Part shown: one piece after another, positions 1-10,589 of the stretch
How positions within the stretch are numbered: the first letter of the stretch is position 1
Layout: every line of letters starts with the position of its first letter
NCBI GenBank assembly: GCA_963748625.1
Contig: CAVVJT010000010.1
Coordinates: forward strand, 160,001 to 224,000
DNA from: an uncultured Chloroflexia bacterium
GTDB taxonomy: Bacteria > Chloroflexota > Limnocylindria > Limnocylindrales > CSP1-4
DNA length: 64,000 bases
Reading direction: 5' to 3'
The notes under the pieces: model-generated
What the model saw: the letters and a program-made list of their open reading frames with translations, nothing else
Told to the model about the DNA's origin: nothing
The model's database searches: none
Translations under genes and position numbers: made by a program

Positions 1-213
1 GAGCCGCTCGGTGGAGAGGCCGACCACCCAGGCGAGGCCCAGGATCGCGACCGCGCTGACCACGAAGACGACAGCCCCCTCCACGTGGAGCCCGAAGTCC
101 ACGATCATGGCGACGATCGACAGCGTGAGGGTGACGAGGACGGCGATCCGGGCGGGCACGGACAGCGCACCGAGGATCGGGAGACGGGAGGCGCGGGCGG
201 GGGCGGGTCTCAT
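1..213 (-). CDS. Ca2+/H+ exchanger (CAX/ChaA family), 5' part only, runs off window start
   Basis: My translation: MRPAPARASRLPILGALSVPARIAVLVTLTLSIVAMIVDFGLHVEGAVVFVVSAVAILGLAWVVGLSTERL. Hydrophobic helices ending in LAWVVGLSTERL resemble the CAX alpha-1 region. TAGGAT -10 lies 6 nt upstream of the ATG. Confidence 0.6.
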   Translation of the reverse strand, partial: MRPAPARASRLPILGALSVPARIAVLVTLTLSIVAMIVDFGLHVEGAVVFVVSAVAILGLAWVVGLSTERL

Positions 214-312
214 GGCGAGATCCTACGGCGGCCGGAGGGGCGGCGCCGGCAGATCACGGCGTCCGCCAGGAGATCGGACCGCACGGCCGTGGACGTCCGG
301 CCGCACGGTGCG

Positions 313-1386
313 TCAGGCGGCCGGCTGTCCGTCCGCGGCCGGTGCGAGGCCCGCGGCCTGGGTAGCCTGGACGGCCTGCGGCGCCTCGATGAAGTGGCAG
401 GCCGCGAGGTGCTCGGGACCTCCCAGCGCCTGGTGACGGACGAGTTCCGGCTGCGTCGTGGCGCAGATCTCCGGTCGGCCGAGCTGCATGCGCAGGGGGC
501 ACCGCGGATGGAAGCGACAGCCGGTCGGCGGGTTGAGCGGCGATGGCACATCGCCGGTGAGGACCACGCGGCGGCGACGGTCGCGCACATCCGGGATCGG
601 GATCGAGGACATCAGGGCCTGGGTGTACGGATGCTGGGGATCGCGGAAGATCACCTCGCGACCGGCCAATTCGGCGATGCGGCCCAGGTACATCACCGCG
701 ACACGGTCACTGATGTGCTCGACGACGCCCATGTTGTGGGCGATGAAGACGTACGTGAGGCCAAGCTCTCCCTGGAGCGTCTTGAGCAGGTTGAGGACCT
801 GCGCCTGGATCGACACGTCCAGGGCGGACACGGGCTCGTCGCACACGAGCAGCTCCGGCTCCAGCACCAGCGCCCGTGCGATCCCGATCCGTTGCCGCTG
901 ACCGCCCGAGAACTCGTGGGGATACCGGCGAGCGTGGTACGGGGCGAGGCCGACAAGGTCCATCATCCGGCGGACCTTGGCACGCCGCTCTTCGGGCGTG
1001 CCGAGATTGTGGATGCGGAGCCCCTCGCCGATGCTGTCGCCGATCGGCGTCCGCGGATCGAGCGAGGAGAACGGGTCCTGGAAGATGATCTGGATCCGGC
1101 GCCGGAACGGCTTGAGCGCGGTTCCCTTCAGCGCGGTGATGTCCGTGCCTTCGAAGTGGATCGTGCCCGACGTGGGCTCGATGAGGCGCAGGAGCAGGCG
1201 ACCGATGGTGGTCTTGCCGCAGCCGGACTCGCCCACGAGACCGAGCGTCTCGCCCCGCATGATCTCGAAGCTCACGTCCGTCACGGCACGAACCTGGCCG
1301 ACGGTGCGCTGGAGCGCGCCTCCTTTGACCGGGAAGTCCTTGCTCAGGGAACGCACGGCCACGAGCGGCGAGCCAGCCGGCGTCAT
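313..1386 (-). CDS. Peptide ABC transporter ATP-binding subunit (DppF/OppF type)
   Basis: GESGCGKT Walker A, FSGGQRQR signature, [11 protein letters not shown] Walker B, C-terminal GCRFHPRC; ATG at 1386 overlaps the upstream stop. Confidence 0.93.
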   Translation of the reverse strand: MTPAGSPLVAVRSLSKDFPVKGGALQRTVGQVRAVTDVSFEIMRGETLGLVGESGCGKTTIGRLLLRLIEPTSGTIHFEGTDITALKGTALKPFRRRIQIIFQDPFSSLDPRTPIGDSIGEGLRIHNLGTPEERRAKVRRMMDLVGLAPYHARRYPHEFSGGQRQRIGIARALVLEPELLVCDEPVSALDVSIQAQVLNLLKTLQGELGLTYVFIAHNMGVVEHISDRVAVMYLGRIAELAGREVIFRDPQHPYTQALMSSIPIPDVRDRRRRVVLTGDVPSPLNPPTGCRFHPRCPLRMQLGRPEICATTQPELVRHQALGGPEHLAACHFIEAPQAVQATQAAGLAPAADGQPAA

Positions 1387-2552
1387 TCGCTCGCCCCGGC
1401 GATGGTGGTGTCCACGGGCGGCACCCATCCCTCCGGCCGGTCGATGAGCCGACCGGCCGCGTCGTGATACAGCCAGCAGCGGACGTCGTGGCCCGGCGCG
1501 ACCGCCAGCAACTCCGGGTGCGACTCGAACGCCCCGGGCTCGGGCTCGGCAGACCGCGAGGTGCAGCGGGGCGCAAACCGGCAGCCCTTCGGAAGGTCGA
1601 TGAGGTTGGGCACGTTGCCCGGGATCACGGAGAGCTCCAACTGCGGCCGCCCGAGCACGGGGATGGATCCGATGAGCCCGCGCGTGTAGGGATGGCGCGG
1701 CTGGTCGAAGAGCGTCGCCACGTCGGTATGCTCGACGATCTCGCCCGCGTACATCACCGCGACACGGTCGCACGTCTCCGCCACCACGCCAAGGTCGTGC
1801 GTGATCAGGACGACCGCCGTGCCTGTCTCGTCGCGGAGATTCCGGATCAGGTCGAGGATCTGCGCCTGGATGGTGACGTCCAGCGCCGTCGTCGGCTCGT
1901 CGGCGATCAGCAGCTCGGGTTCGCACGCGAGCGCCATCGCGATCATCACCCGCTGGGCCATGCCCCCCGACATCTCGTGGGGGTAGTTCTTGAGGCGCCG
2001 CTCGGGATCCGGGATACCGACCATGCGCATGAGCTCGAGGGCTCGCGCCAGCGCCGGTCCCCTGCGCATGTTGCGGTGGATCTCGAGGACCTCCGCGATC
2101 TGGCGACCCACATCCCAGACGGGGTTCAGCGAGGACGTCGGCTGCTGGAAGATCATGCTGATGCGCTCGCCGCGGATCTTGCGCATCTCGTCCGACGAGA
2201 GCTTGAGCAGGTCCTGGCCGTCGAACAGGATCTCGCCGCCCTCGATCCTGCCGGGCTGGCCCACAAGCTGCAGCACGGACAGGGACGTGACGCTCTTGCC
2301 GCACCCGGACTCGCCGACGAGCCCCACGATCTCGCCACGATCCACGTGGAAGTCGATCCCGTCGACCGCCTTGACGACGCCGTCCCGCGTGTAGAACGAC
2401 GTGCGCAAGCCCTTGATCTCGAGCAGCGGGCGGTCGCCGCGGTCGCGCCGGGAGCGTCGCTGCGCCAGTGGGGCCAGCTCCTCGACGGGCGGCTCGAGCG
2501 ACGTGTCTGCCTCCGGATCCACGGGGGATCCGGCGCTGGCGGTACGCCTCAC
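1383..2552 (-). CDS. Peptide ABC transporter ATP-binding subunit (DppD/OppD type)
   Basis: [34 protein letters not shown]; start uncertain (GTG 2552 overlapping the permease stop, or GTG 2522). Confidence 0.92.
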   Translation of the reverse strand: MRRTASAGSPVDPEADTSLEPPVEELAPLAQRRSRRDRGDRPLLEIKGLRTSFYTRDGVVKAVDGIDFHVDRGEIVGLVGESGCGKSVTSLSVLQLVGQPGRIEGGEILFDGQDLLKLSSDEMRKIRGERISMIFQQPTSSLNPVWDVGRQIAEVLEIHRNMRRGPALARALELMRMVGIPDPERRLKNYPHEMSGGMAQRVMIAMALACEPELLIADEPTTALDVTIQAQILDLIRNLRDETGTAVVLITHDLGVVAETCDRVAVMYAGEIVEHTDVATLFDQPRHPYTRGLIGSIPVLGRPQLELSVIPGNVPNLIDLPKGCRFAPRCTSRSAEPEPGAFESHPELLAVAPGHDVRCWLYHDAAGRLIDRPEGWVPPVDTTIAGASE

Positions 2553-3505
2553 CGGTTCAGCCGCGGGTCCAGCGCATCGCGCAGGCCGTCGCCGAGGAGG
2601 TTGAAGGCAAGGACGGTGAGAATGATCGCGAACCCCGGGGCAAGGATCTCGTGCGGGGCGTTGAACAGCTGGTTGCGCTCCAGGCCGATCATGGATCCCC
2701 ACTCGGGCCTGGAGAGGTCGCCCGTGACGCCGATGAATGCGAGCGCCGCGATCTCCAGCACGGCGCCGCCGATGCCGAGCGTGCCCTGGACGACGAGCGG
2801 GGTGATCGCATTGGGCATGATCCGCCGGGTGAGGATGCCCGCACCCGACTCGCCGAGCGCACGGGATGCCGTCACGAAGTCCGCCTCCTTGGTCGAGAGC
2901 ACGGCCGCACGTGCGATCCGGGCATAGATCGGCACCGAGACGATCCCGATGGCGAACAGCGCGTTGACCATGCTGGCCCCGGCCGCGGTCACGATGGCGA
3001 TCGCCAGCAGCAGCGACGGGAACGCCAGCACGATGTCCATCGATCGCATGAGGACGTTGTCCGGTCCGCCACCCACATAGCCAGCCAGCGCGCCGATGGT
3101 GGTGCCCACGACGATCGCGAAGCCGATGGCGGCGAAGCCGATCGCGAGCGAGGTGCGTGCCCCGAAGACAACGCGGCTGAACACGTCGCGGAAGTTGCCG
3201 TCGGTGCCGAACAGGTGCTGGGGCTGGCTCTCCGGGCATCCGAGCAGGTGGATGCACGGGGCGGCCCGCTTCGTCACGCCGGGCTCCTTGCCCAGCAGGC
3301 TGGCGTCCGGATCGTGCGTGGCGATGACGGGCGCGAACAGGGCCACGAAGACGAGCATGCCCAGGATGATCAGCCCGACCTTGGCCGACCGCTGCCGCCA
3401 GATCTGGCGCAGCGTGTCCCTCCACAGGCCGCCGGAGTATGCGACCGCCTCCTGGCCATCGGGCGGCGCGAGGGTCGTCGGGGGCACGGGTGCCAGGCCG
3501 CTCAT
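2549..3505 (-). CDS. Peptide ABC transporter permease (DppC/OppC type)
   Basis: [18 protein letters not shown]-like loop [29 protein letters not shown]. Confidence 0.93.
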   Translation of the reverse strand: MSGLAPVPPTTLAPPDGQEAVAYSGGLWRDTLRQIWRQRSAKVGLIILGMLVFVALFAPVIATHDPDASLLGKEPGVTKRAAPCIHLLGCPESQPQHLFGTDGNFRDVFSRVVFGARTSLAIGFAAIGFAIVVGTTIGALAGYVGGGPDNVLMRSMDIVLAFPSLLLAIAIVTAAGASMVNALFAIGIVSVPIYARIARAAVLSTKEADFVTASRALGESGAGILTRRIMPNAITPLVVQGTLGIGGAVLEIAALAFIGVTGDLSRPEWGSMIGLERNQLFNAPHEILAPGFAIILTVLAFNLLGDGLRDALDPRLNR

Positions 3506-4578
3506 TGCAGCCGGATCCTCGGATCGAGGAACCCGTACGAGATGTCGACGATAAGGTTGATCAGCACGTAGCCCACGGCGATGAGCAGGGTGAAGCCCTG
3601 GATGACGACGTAGTCACGGCCGGAGATCGCCTCGAACAGGGATCGCCCGACACCGGCCAAGTTGAACACAGTCTCAGTCAGGACGGCGCCTGACAGGAGC
3701 AGGCCCATCTGCAGGCCGATGATCGTGACCACCGGCAGAAGGGCGTTTCGCGCGCCGTGGCGGAGGACCACGGCTCGCTCGCCGACGCCTTTCGCCCGCG
3801 CCGTCCGGATGAAGTCCAGCCCCAGGACGTCAAGCAGGCTCGAGCGGGTGATCCGGGCGATGATCGCTAGCGGGATGGTGCCCAGCGCGATCGCCGGCAG
3901 GATGAGGTGCCGGAAGGCGTCGGCAGCCGCACCCCACTGGCCGGTGATCAGCCCGCTGAAGATGTAGAGCCCCGATACGAAATCCAGGACGGCGCGTGCC
4001 GGCCCGTCGAGGCTCTGGAGGCCCCAGACCTTGACAAGGGGCTCGACCGTGACGCCCGAGCTCAACCGGCCAGATGGCGGGAGCGCGAACGGCGTGTCCT
4101 TGAGGATGATCGCGAACAGGAACGCAAGGAGCAGGCCGAGCACGAAGACGGGGATCGAGACCCCGAGGTTGGCCAGCATCATCGTGCCGACGTCAACGGG
4201 CGAGTTACGCCGGTACGCCGACAGCAGCCCGAGTGGGATGCCGACGACGACCGCGAAGACCATCGCGAGCACCGCCAGCTCCACGGTCGTCGGCAGGCGC
4301 TCGATCAGCAGCGTCGTCACCGGCCGTGAGTGCTTGATGGAGACGCCAAGGTCACCGCTCACCAGCTGCCCGAGGTAGCCCACGAACTGGACGGGGATCG
4401 GCTGGTCGAGGCCGTACCGGACGATGAACTCGTCACAGACGATGTCGGTCGCCCGCTCGCCCAGGACGGCACGACACGGGTCGCCGGGGATGATCCGCGC
4501 AAGGGCGAACACGAGGAACACGATCCCGATCAGCACCGGGATCGTCACGATCAGGCGGCGAATGATGAACTTGATCAT
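3502..4578 (-). CDS. Peptide ABC transporter permease (DppB/OppB type)
   Basis: PGDP, GLDQP..VQF, GDLGVS, FIRTARAKG, DISYGFLDPRI. Confidence 0.93.
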   Translation of the reverse strand: MIKFIIRRLIVTIPVLIGIVFLVFALARIIPGDPCRAVLGERATDIVCDEFIVRYGLDQPIPVQFVGYLGQLVSGDLGVSIKHSRPVTTLLIERLPTTVELAVLAMVFAVVVGIPLGLLSAYRRNSPVDVGTMMLANLGVSIPVFVLGLLLAFLFAIILKDTPFALPPSGRLSSGVTVEPLVKVWGLQSLDGPARAVLDFVSGLYIFSGLITGQWGAAADAFRHLILPAIALGTIPLAIIARITRSSLLDVLGLDFIRTARAKGVGERAVVLRHGARNALLPVVTIIGLQMGLLLSGAVLTETVFNLAGVGRSLFEAISGRDYVVIQGFTLLIAVGYVLINLIVDISYGFLDPRIRLQ

Positions 4579-4792
4579 CGCTGGTCACGCCCTCGCGACA
4601 GGACCGCAGACGAACCCACTGCCCGTGAACCCTCTCGAGTGGGGCCGGCGACCGGTGTGTGCGCTCCAGGGTCGCATCACGGCGTCCTGCAGCGGCTCCA
4701 CGCTCACGCTCGTGGACCGAGGCGCGAGCGTACCACGACGGTCGGCCCGGACGACGGTTGCGCTCGTCGCGGGATCACCAGTGCCCGCCACC

Positions 4793-6376
4793 CTAGGCGC
4801 CCGGGATCCCGGCCTCGCCTCGGACCTTCCGGCGGTAGGCTCGCCAGGTCACGGCCCACCGCGTGGGGTCCTCGAGCACGTCATGGTCGATCGTGTGGAT
4901 CGTGCTCCGGTGGGGTGCGGTACGGACGGTCTCCGGCTCCTCCCGCGCCTCGCGCGCAATCGACCCGAGGATCGCCGCGTACTCGTCCAGGTCCTCCTTC
5001 GAGTACGACTCCGTCGGCTCGAGGGTGAATGGCTCCGGAACGATGAATGGGTGGTGACTCGTCCAGTAGTGGACGCCGTGGTCCGCGGCGCGCTGGCCCA
5101 CGTGCTCGGTGGTGATGCCCGTCTCGTCGGTCAGCTGCTTCCAGCTGTAGCGGACCTGCTCGATCCTGCGCTTGCCCACGGCGTACGGCGCTGCCGCACC
5201 CTGGATCTCGAGGACCCGCTTGAGGAGGTAGTTGTTGTTGAGGACGGCGATCTCGGCGACCTCACGAAGGCCCTCGGCGCCCAGGCTCATGATCCACGCG
5301 TACGCGCGGAGGAGGTTCGGCGTCACGCCGTAGAACGGGCGCACCTTGCCGATGCTCTCCGGCCGGTCGTCGTCGAGCCGGAATGTCGTTCCGTCGTACT
5401 CGACCGTCGGCCGCGGCAGGAACGGGACAAGGCCCTCCGCCACGCCGCTGGCACCGGCACCCGGCCCGCCGCAGGCATGCGGCGTCGAGAAGGTCTTGTG
5501 CAGGTTGAAGTGACACGTGTCGAACCCAGCGTCCCGGGCGCGGGTGATGCCCAGGATGCCGTTCGCGTTTGCCTGGTCGTACGAGGCCAGGCCCCCCGCC
5601 TCGTGCACCACTCGCACCCAGTCGGCGATCTCGGGGTTGTAGATCCCGGTGTCCTCCGGGTTGGTGATGAGGAGCGCAGCCGTGCGGTCGCTGACTGCCT
5701 CCTTGAGCGCGTCGAGGCGGGGGTAGCCGTCAGGATCCGGATGGAGCGTGATGACCTTGTAGCCGGCGGTCTTCGCGCAGGCCGCGTTCGAGGGATGCGA
5801 GAAGATCGTGGTGATCACTTCGTCGCGCCGGTCGCCGTCTCCACGGGCCGCGTGGTAGGCGCGGATCATCGAGATGTTGGCGTAGATCGCGGCCGATCCC
5901 GCGGCGGGCTGCAACGTGAACCGGTCCATGCCGCTGATCTCGCGCAGCAGCTGCTCCAGCCTCCAGATCACCTCGAGGACACCCTGCACGGTGGACGGGT
6001 CCTGGAGCGGGTGGAGATCCGCCAGCTTCGGCGATCGCACCAGCTGGTCGTTGACCTTGGGGCTGTACTTGACGGTGCAGGTGCCCTGCCCGACGTCGAT
6101 GTTCAGGTCGGCCCCGAGGTTCTCCTGTGACAGGCGGTCGAAATGACGCACCACGTGGACTTGGGCGAGCTCGGGGAGTGCCGGTGGCACGACCCGGCGG
6201 ACACCGGCCGGCAGCGCCGCGGCAGGGTCGCCCACGGCATCGCTGATCCCCTGCTCAACGGGCGGCATGAGGATCCCCCGGGCGCCGGGCTGGCTGAGCT
6301 CGAAGATGATCGGCTCGTCCCAGCGGGCCTGGTGGAAGCGCCGGAGGGCCGGCTTGGGCTCGATCGGCCAGCTCAT
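4793..6376 (-). CDS. gcvPB: Glycine dehydrogenase (decarboxylating) subunit 2-like, divergent paralogue
   Basis: QPAAG, TNPEDTG, DQANAN, PLP-lysine motif HFNLHKTFSTPH, EPTES; ATG at 6376. Confidence 0.85.
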   Translation of the reverse strand: MSWPIEPKPALRRFHQARWDEPIIFELSQPGARGILMPPVEQGISDAVGDPAAALPAGVRRVVPPALPELAQVHVVRHFDRLSQENLGADLNIDVGQGTCTVKYSPKVNDQLVRSPKLADLHPLQDPSTVQGVLEVIWRLEQLLREISGMDRFTLQPAAGSAAIYANISMIRAYHAARGDGDRRDEVITTIFSHPSNAACAKTAGYKVITLHPDPDGYPRLDALKEAVSDRTAALLITNPEDTGIYNPEIADWVRVVHEAGGLASYDQANANGILGITRARDAGFDTCHFNLHKTFSTPHACGGPGAGASGVAEGLVPFLPRPTVEYDGTTFRLDDDRPESIGKVRPFYGVTPNLLRAYAWIMSLGAEGLREVAEIAVLNNNYLLKRVLEIQGAAAPYAVGKRRIEQVRYSWKQLTDETGITTEHVGQRAADHGVHYWTSHHPFIVPEPFTLEPTESYSKEDLDEYAAILGSIAREAREEPETVRTAPHRSTIHTIDHDVLEDPTRWAVTWRAYRRKVRGEAGIPGA

Positions 6377-7773
6377 CGGAGGACCTCGGTCAGCTCGCTG
6401 GCAAGACGGTCGATGTCGTCCTGCGTGTGGATCTCGGTGACGCAGTAGAGGGCCGCTTCCCCGAGCTCGGGGAAGTCGCGGGCGAGATCCCAGCCGCCGA
6501 AGATGCCCCGGTCGAGCAGTGCGGCGTTGACGTCGGCAGTGGCCCGGCCCGAGGGACCGAAGTCCACAACGAACTCTCGGAAGTGATGGCTCGCCCGGTG
6601 ACGGACCTCGACGCCCGGGATCGCGGCGACGCGGTCCATCGCGTAGCGGGTCCGCGCCATGATCCCCTCGCCCAGCTCGACCATCCCCTGCGGGCCAAGC
6701 AGCGACAGGTAGACGCCCGCGGTGATGCCCCACAGGGCGGCTGCGGTGCCGACCCACTCCTTGCCCTCCTCCCGGAGGGCGAAGCTCGTGCGCTCGTAGG
6801 CGACGTCACCGAAGCCGTACTCACCCTCGACCGAGGTCGGTGCGAGCCCGAACAGCCGCGACGGCAGCTCCATGACGAGCTTCGGATCGTCGCGCACGCC
6901 GATGTAGCCGGCCTGCCCGCCACCGTACTGGAGGTGCATCCCGAGCGATTGGATGTCGCCGCAGGCGATGTCCGCACCGTAGGCCAGCGGCGGCTCCAGC
7001 ACGCCCAGGCTGATCGGGTCCGCGCCGACGACGAGCAGCGCGCCCGCCTCGTGGGCGATCCGGGCGATCTCGGCCCCCACCGTCGAGATGACCCCGAGGA
7101 AGCTGGGGTTCTCGAGGTAGACGCCGGCCGTCCGATTGTCAACGAGAGCGGCGAGCGCCGCCAGGTCCACCTCGCCGGTCTGCTCGTCGACCGGCGCCAA
7201 CACAAACTCGTAGCCGCGCAGGTAGTCCCGGATTCTCGACAGCTTGTCGCGGCCCAGGGTGCGGGTGACGACGAGCCTCCGGCGCCCGGTGACCCGGGTG
7301 GTCATCGCCAGCGCCGTGGACGCCGCCTGGAACCCGTCGTACGTGGGCACGTTGACGACGTCCATGGTGAGCAGCTCACCCATCATCGACTCGTACTCGA
7401 ACAGGGCCTGGAAGCGGCCGTGGTCCTCGTAGGGGTCGCCGGCGTACGCGGTCAGGAACTCGGCCCGCCCGTTGATCTCGTCACAGACCGCGGGGACGTG
7501 GTGCTGGAAGGCGCCGGCGCCGAGGAAGCTCAGGACCTCGCGCGTGGAGCGGTTCCGGGCAAGCATGCCCTCGACGTGGCGCACCAGCGCCGCCTCCGAC
7601 GTCAGCGGCGGCGGCAGGTCGAGCGGCCGGTGCATCCGCAGCTCGGACGGGATGGACGCGTACAGCTCCTCGATGTCGGCGGCGGCGATCTCCGCCAGCA
7701 TCTCCGCCTTGACCCTCGGGATCGAGTTGGGGATGTACGGATGCACGCGGGCCCCACTCGAGCCAGGCAACAT
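6373..7773 (-). CDS. gcvPA: Glycine dehydrogenase (decarboxylating) subunit 1-like, divergent paralogue
   Basis: HPYIPNS, SFLGAGAFQH, ALFEYES, GADIACGDIQSLG, YCVTEIHT; this is the 3' part of track ORF 6373..11037. Confidence 0.85.
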   Translation of the reverse strand: MLPGSSGARVHPYIPNSIPRVKAEMLAEIAAADIEELYASIPSELRMHRPLDLPPPLTSEAALVRHVEGMLARNRSTREVLSFLGAGAFQHHVPAVCDEINGRAEFLTAYAGDPYEDHGRFQALFEYESMMGELLTMDVVNVPTYDGFQAASTALAMTTRVTGRRRLVVTRTLGRDKLSRIRDYLRGYEFVLAPVDEQTGEVDLAALAALVDNRTAGVYLENPSFLGVISTVGAEIARIAHEAGALLVVGADPISLGVLEPPLAYGADIACGDIQSLGMHLQYGGGQAGYIGVRDDPKLVMELPSRLFGLAPTSVEGEYGFGDVAYERTSFALREEGKEWVGTAAALWGITAGVYLSLLGPQGMVELGEGIMARTRYAMDRVAAIPGVEVRHRASHHFREFVVDFGPSGRATADVNAALLDRGIFGGWDLARDFPELGEAALYCVTEIHTQDDIDRLASELTEVLR

Positions 7774-8001
7774 GACGGTCCCTTTCTGAAGGTCGGTTGT
7801 CAGGTCCGGCCCCGGGGACGAGGGCCACGACACGAGCGCAGGCTGCCAGGCGCACAGGACGCACGCGCGTCCAGAGCACGCACTCACCGTCGAGCTTCTC
7901 GCATAATACCGTTCGGCCCCTGCCCTGCATGACCATCCGCAACGTGTCTCGGGCCGTGCGCCGCATCCCGCTGCTGCACACCGCCGAGAGGACTGTACGC
8001 G

Positions 8002-10455
8002 ATGACGGAGCCCGTCCCCACCCATGCTCAGGCCGTCGTGGTCGGCGGCGGCATCCTCGGCACGTCGGTCGCGTACCACCTCACCCGGCGCGGCTGGCGG
8101 GATGTCGTCCTGGTCGAGCGTGCACAGCTGACGGCCGGGACGACCTGGCACGCGGCCGGCCTGATGATGCAGGTGCAGTCCTCGCGGACCGCGACCCAGT
8201 TCGGGACGTACAACGACGAGCTGATCCCGGAGGTCGAGGCGCTGACCGGGATGCAGACCGGCTACCGCCGCACGGGCTCGATCCTCATGGGCAGCACCGA
8301 CGCACGCTGGGAGGAGATCCGCCGATCGATCTCGCTGGCCCACGCCTTCGGCGTCGAGGCGCACCGGATCGACGCGGCGGAGGCAAGGCGCACCTGGCCG
8401 CTGCTCGATACCGCGGGGATGACAGGTGCCGCGTTCTTCCCCGCCGACGCGGTGGCCGATCCGACGGACCTGACGCTCGCGATGGCGGCCGCCGCCCGCC
8501 TCGGGGGGGCACGGATCCTCCAGCACACCGCCGTCACGGAGGTCGTCACGGCCGCCGGCCGCGTCCGCGGGATCCGCACCTCCCGAGGTGACATCGCCAC
8601 GGACACCGTCGTGGACTGCACGGGCATGTGGGCACGCGAGTTCGGGCGGCGGTCGGGCGTCTCGATCCCGCTGCACGCGGCCGAGCACTTCTACCTCGTC
8701 ACGGAGGAGATCGGAGCGCTGACCCCGAACCTGCCGGTCCTGCGCCTCCCCGACGAGCGGACGTACGTGAAGGAGGACGCCGGCAAGCTGCTGGTCGGGT
8801 TCCTGGAGGTTGAGGCGAAACCGTGGGCGACCATGGGAATCCCGGACGGCACCGAATTCGTCCGGCTGCCCGAGGACTGGGATCACGTGGCCCCGGAGCT
8901 CGAGCTCGCTGCGCGCCGGCTGCCCATCCTCAACGACGTGGGCATCATGCTGCACTTCAATGGTCCCGAGAGCTTCACGCCGGACGACCGGGCGATCCTC
9001 GGGCCCGCGCCCGAGCTGGCCGGGTACTGGGTGGCCGCCGGGTTCAACTCCCACGGCCTCCGCAGCGGCGGCGGCGCCGGGCGGGCGATCGCCGACTGGA
9101 TCGTCGACGGCGACCCCGGGCAGGACCTCTGGGAGATGGACATCCGGCGCTTCGCACCGTTCCAGGGGAACCGGCGCTACCTGCGCGACCGCGTCGTCGA
9201 GTCGGTCGGCCTCCTGTACGCCCCGCACTGGCCGTTCCGCCAGGTGGAGACCGCGCGAGGCGTCCGGAGGACGCCGTACTACGACCGGCTCGCGGCACGC
9301 GGCGCCTGCTTCGGCGAGCTCATGGGCTGGGAGCGCGCCAACTGGTACGCGCCGCCCGGCGTCACGCCGGCGTACGAGTACTCGCACGGGCGCCAGAACT
9401 GGTTCCCCTACTCGGCCGAGGAGCACCGTGCCGCTCGCGAGGGCGTGGCCGTCTTCGACGAGTCGACCTTCGGCAAGATCCTCGTGTCGGGCGCCGATGC
9501 GTGCACCGTCCTCAACCGCATCTGCACCGCGGACGTGGACACCGCCGTCGGGCGCATGGTCTACACCCAGTGGCTCAACGATCGAGGTGGCATCGTCGCC
9601 GACGTCACCGTCACGCGACTGGAGGAGACGGCGTTCCTGGTCGCAACCGGCGGTCCCGTTCTCTACCACGACCTGCACTGGCTGCGCAGCCACATCCCCG
9701 CCGACGCGCGCGCGGTCGCCGTCGACGTCTCGAACGCATGGGCGGTGCTGGGCGTGATGGGTCCCCGGTCCCGCGAACTGCTGGCCACCGTGACCGACAG
9801 CGACCTCTCCAGCGACGGGTTCCCGTTCGCGACCTCGCGCGAGATCGACCTCGGGCACGCGTTCGTGCGCGCCTCGCGGATGACCTACGTGGGCGAGCTC
9901 GGGTGGGAGCTCTGGATCCCGGGTGACGTGGCGTTGCACGTCTACGACGCGATCGTCGCCGCCGGCGAGCCCTTCGGCCTGCGGCACGCCGGGTTCCACG
10001 CAATGGATTCCCTGCGGATCGAGAAGGCCTACCGCAGCTGGGGGCACGACATCGGCGAGACCGACACCTCGCTCGAGGCCGGGCTCGGCTTCACCCACGC
10101 GTTCGACAAGCCAGGCGGGTTCATCGGGCGCGAGGCGGTGCTCCGGCAGCGGGAGGCCGGCCTGCGGCGCCGTCTCGTCGCGTTCGCGCTCGCGGATCCG
10201 GACCGGCTGCTCGTCCACAACGAGCCGATCTGGCGCGACGGCGCCCTCTGCGGCTGGATCACGTCCGCCGCGTATGGTCACACGGTGGGCAGGTCGATCG
10301 GACTGGGCTTCGTCGCCCGTCCGGACGGGGGGACGGTCACCGCCGACTGGGTCGAGTCCGGCCACTACGAGCTTGAGATCGCCGACGAGCGTGTCCCCGC
10401 CACGGCGTCCCTGCGGGCGTTCCACGACCCGGGCAACGCCCGCATCCGGGCCTAG
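8002..10455 (+). CDS. FAD-dependent oxidoreductase with C-terminal GcvT-like folate domain (dimethylglycine/sarcosine dehydrogenase family)
   Basis: GGGILG dinucleotide motif, GTTWHAAGL, NGPESFTPD, GWERANWY, YVGELGWEL, SLRIEKAYRSWG. Confidence 0.9.
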   Translation: MTEPVPTHAQAVVVGGGILGTSVAYHLTRRGWRDVVLVERAQLTAGTTWHAAGLMMQVQSSRTATQFGTYNDELIPEVEALTGMQTGYRRTGSILMGSTDARWEEIRRSISLAHAFGVEAHRIDAAEARRTWPLLDTAGMTGAAFFPADAVADPTDLTLAMAAAARLGGARILQHTAVTEVVTAAGRVRGIRTSRGDIATDTVVDCTGMWAREFGRRSGVSIPLHAAEHFYLVTEEIGALTPNLPVLRLPDERTYVKEDAGKLLVGFLEVEAKPWATMGIPDGTEFVRLPEDWDHVAPELELAARRLPILNDVGIMLHFNGPESFTPDDRAILGPAPELAGYWVAAGFNSHGLRSGGGAGRAIADWIVDGDPGQDLWEMDIRRFAPFQGNRRYLRDRVVESVGLLYAPHWPFRQVETARGVRRTPYYDRLAARGACFGELMGWERANWYAPPGVTPAYEYSHGRQNWFPYSAEEHRAAREGVAVFDESTFGKILVSGADACTVLNRICTADVDTAVGRMVYTQWLNDRGGIVADVTVTRLEETAFLVATGGPVLYHDLHWLRSHIPADARAVAVDVSNAWAVLGVMGPRSRELLATVTDSDLSSDGFPFATSREIDLGHAFVRASRMTYVGELGWELWIPGDVALHVYDAIVAAGEPFGLRHAGFHAMDSLRIEKAYRSWGHDIGETDTSLEAGLGFTHAFDKPGGFIGREAVLRQREAGLRRRLVAFALADPDRLLVHNEPIWRDGALCGWITSAAYGHTVGRSIGLGFVARPDGGTVTADWVESGHYELEIADERVPATASLRAFHDPGNARIRA

Positions 10456-10517
10456 TGTCCCGCCCCACTGCCAAGGCCGTCCGCAAACCGCGAGCGAACA
10501 GCAAATCGGGACACTAG
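10452..10517. repeat. 66-bp element bounded by 11-bp inverted repeats (possible MITE-like remnant)
   Basis: CTAGTGTCCCG at 10452-10462 and CGGGACACTAG at 10507-10517. Confidence 0.5.
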
Positions 10518-10536
10518 CCCGCGCCGCCCGCAACGA

Positions 10537-10566
10537 GAAGGAGCGCCGCTTGCGCGGCGCTCCTTC
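10537..10566. terminator. 13-bp stem hairpin between convergent genes (probable bidirectional terminator)
   Basis: GAAGGAGCGCCGC-TTGC-GCGGCGCTCCTTC. Confidence 0.75.
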
Positions 10567-10589
10567 GTGCGTTGCCGAGAACGCGGCTG

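Noticed and set aside
4579-4792. Small ORF or riboswitch upstream of the DppB-type permease
   Set aside because: The 68-aa ORF lacks coding signals; the TGAACC at 4626 is on the wrong strand and has no matching GGTA
7774-8001. Glycine riboswitch upstream of gcvPA2 or the flavoprotein
   Set aside because: Could not find the conserved GGAGA...CCGAAG...CTCAGG elements; only a possible CATAAT -10 at 7902-7907
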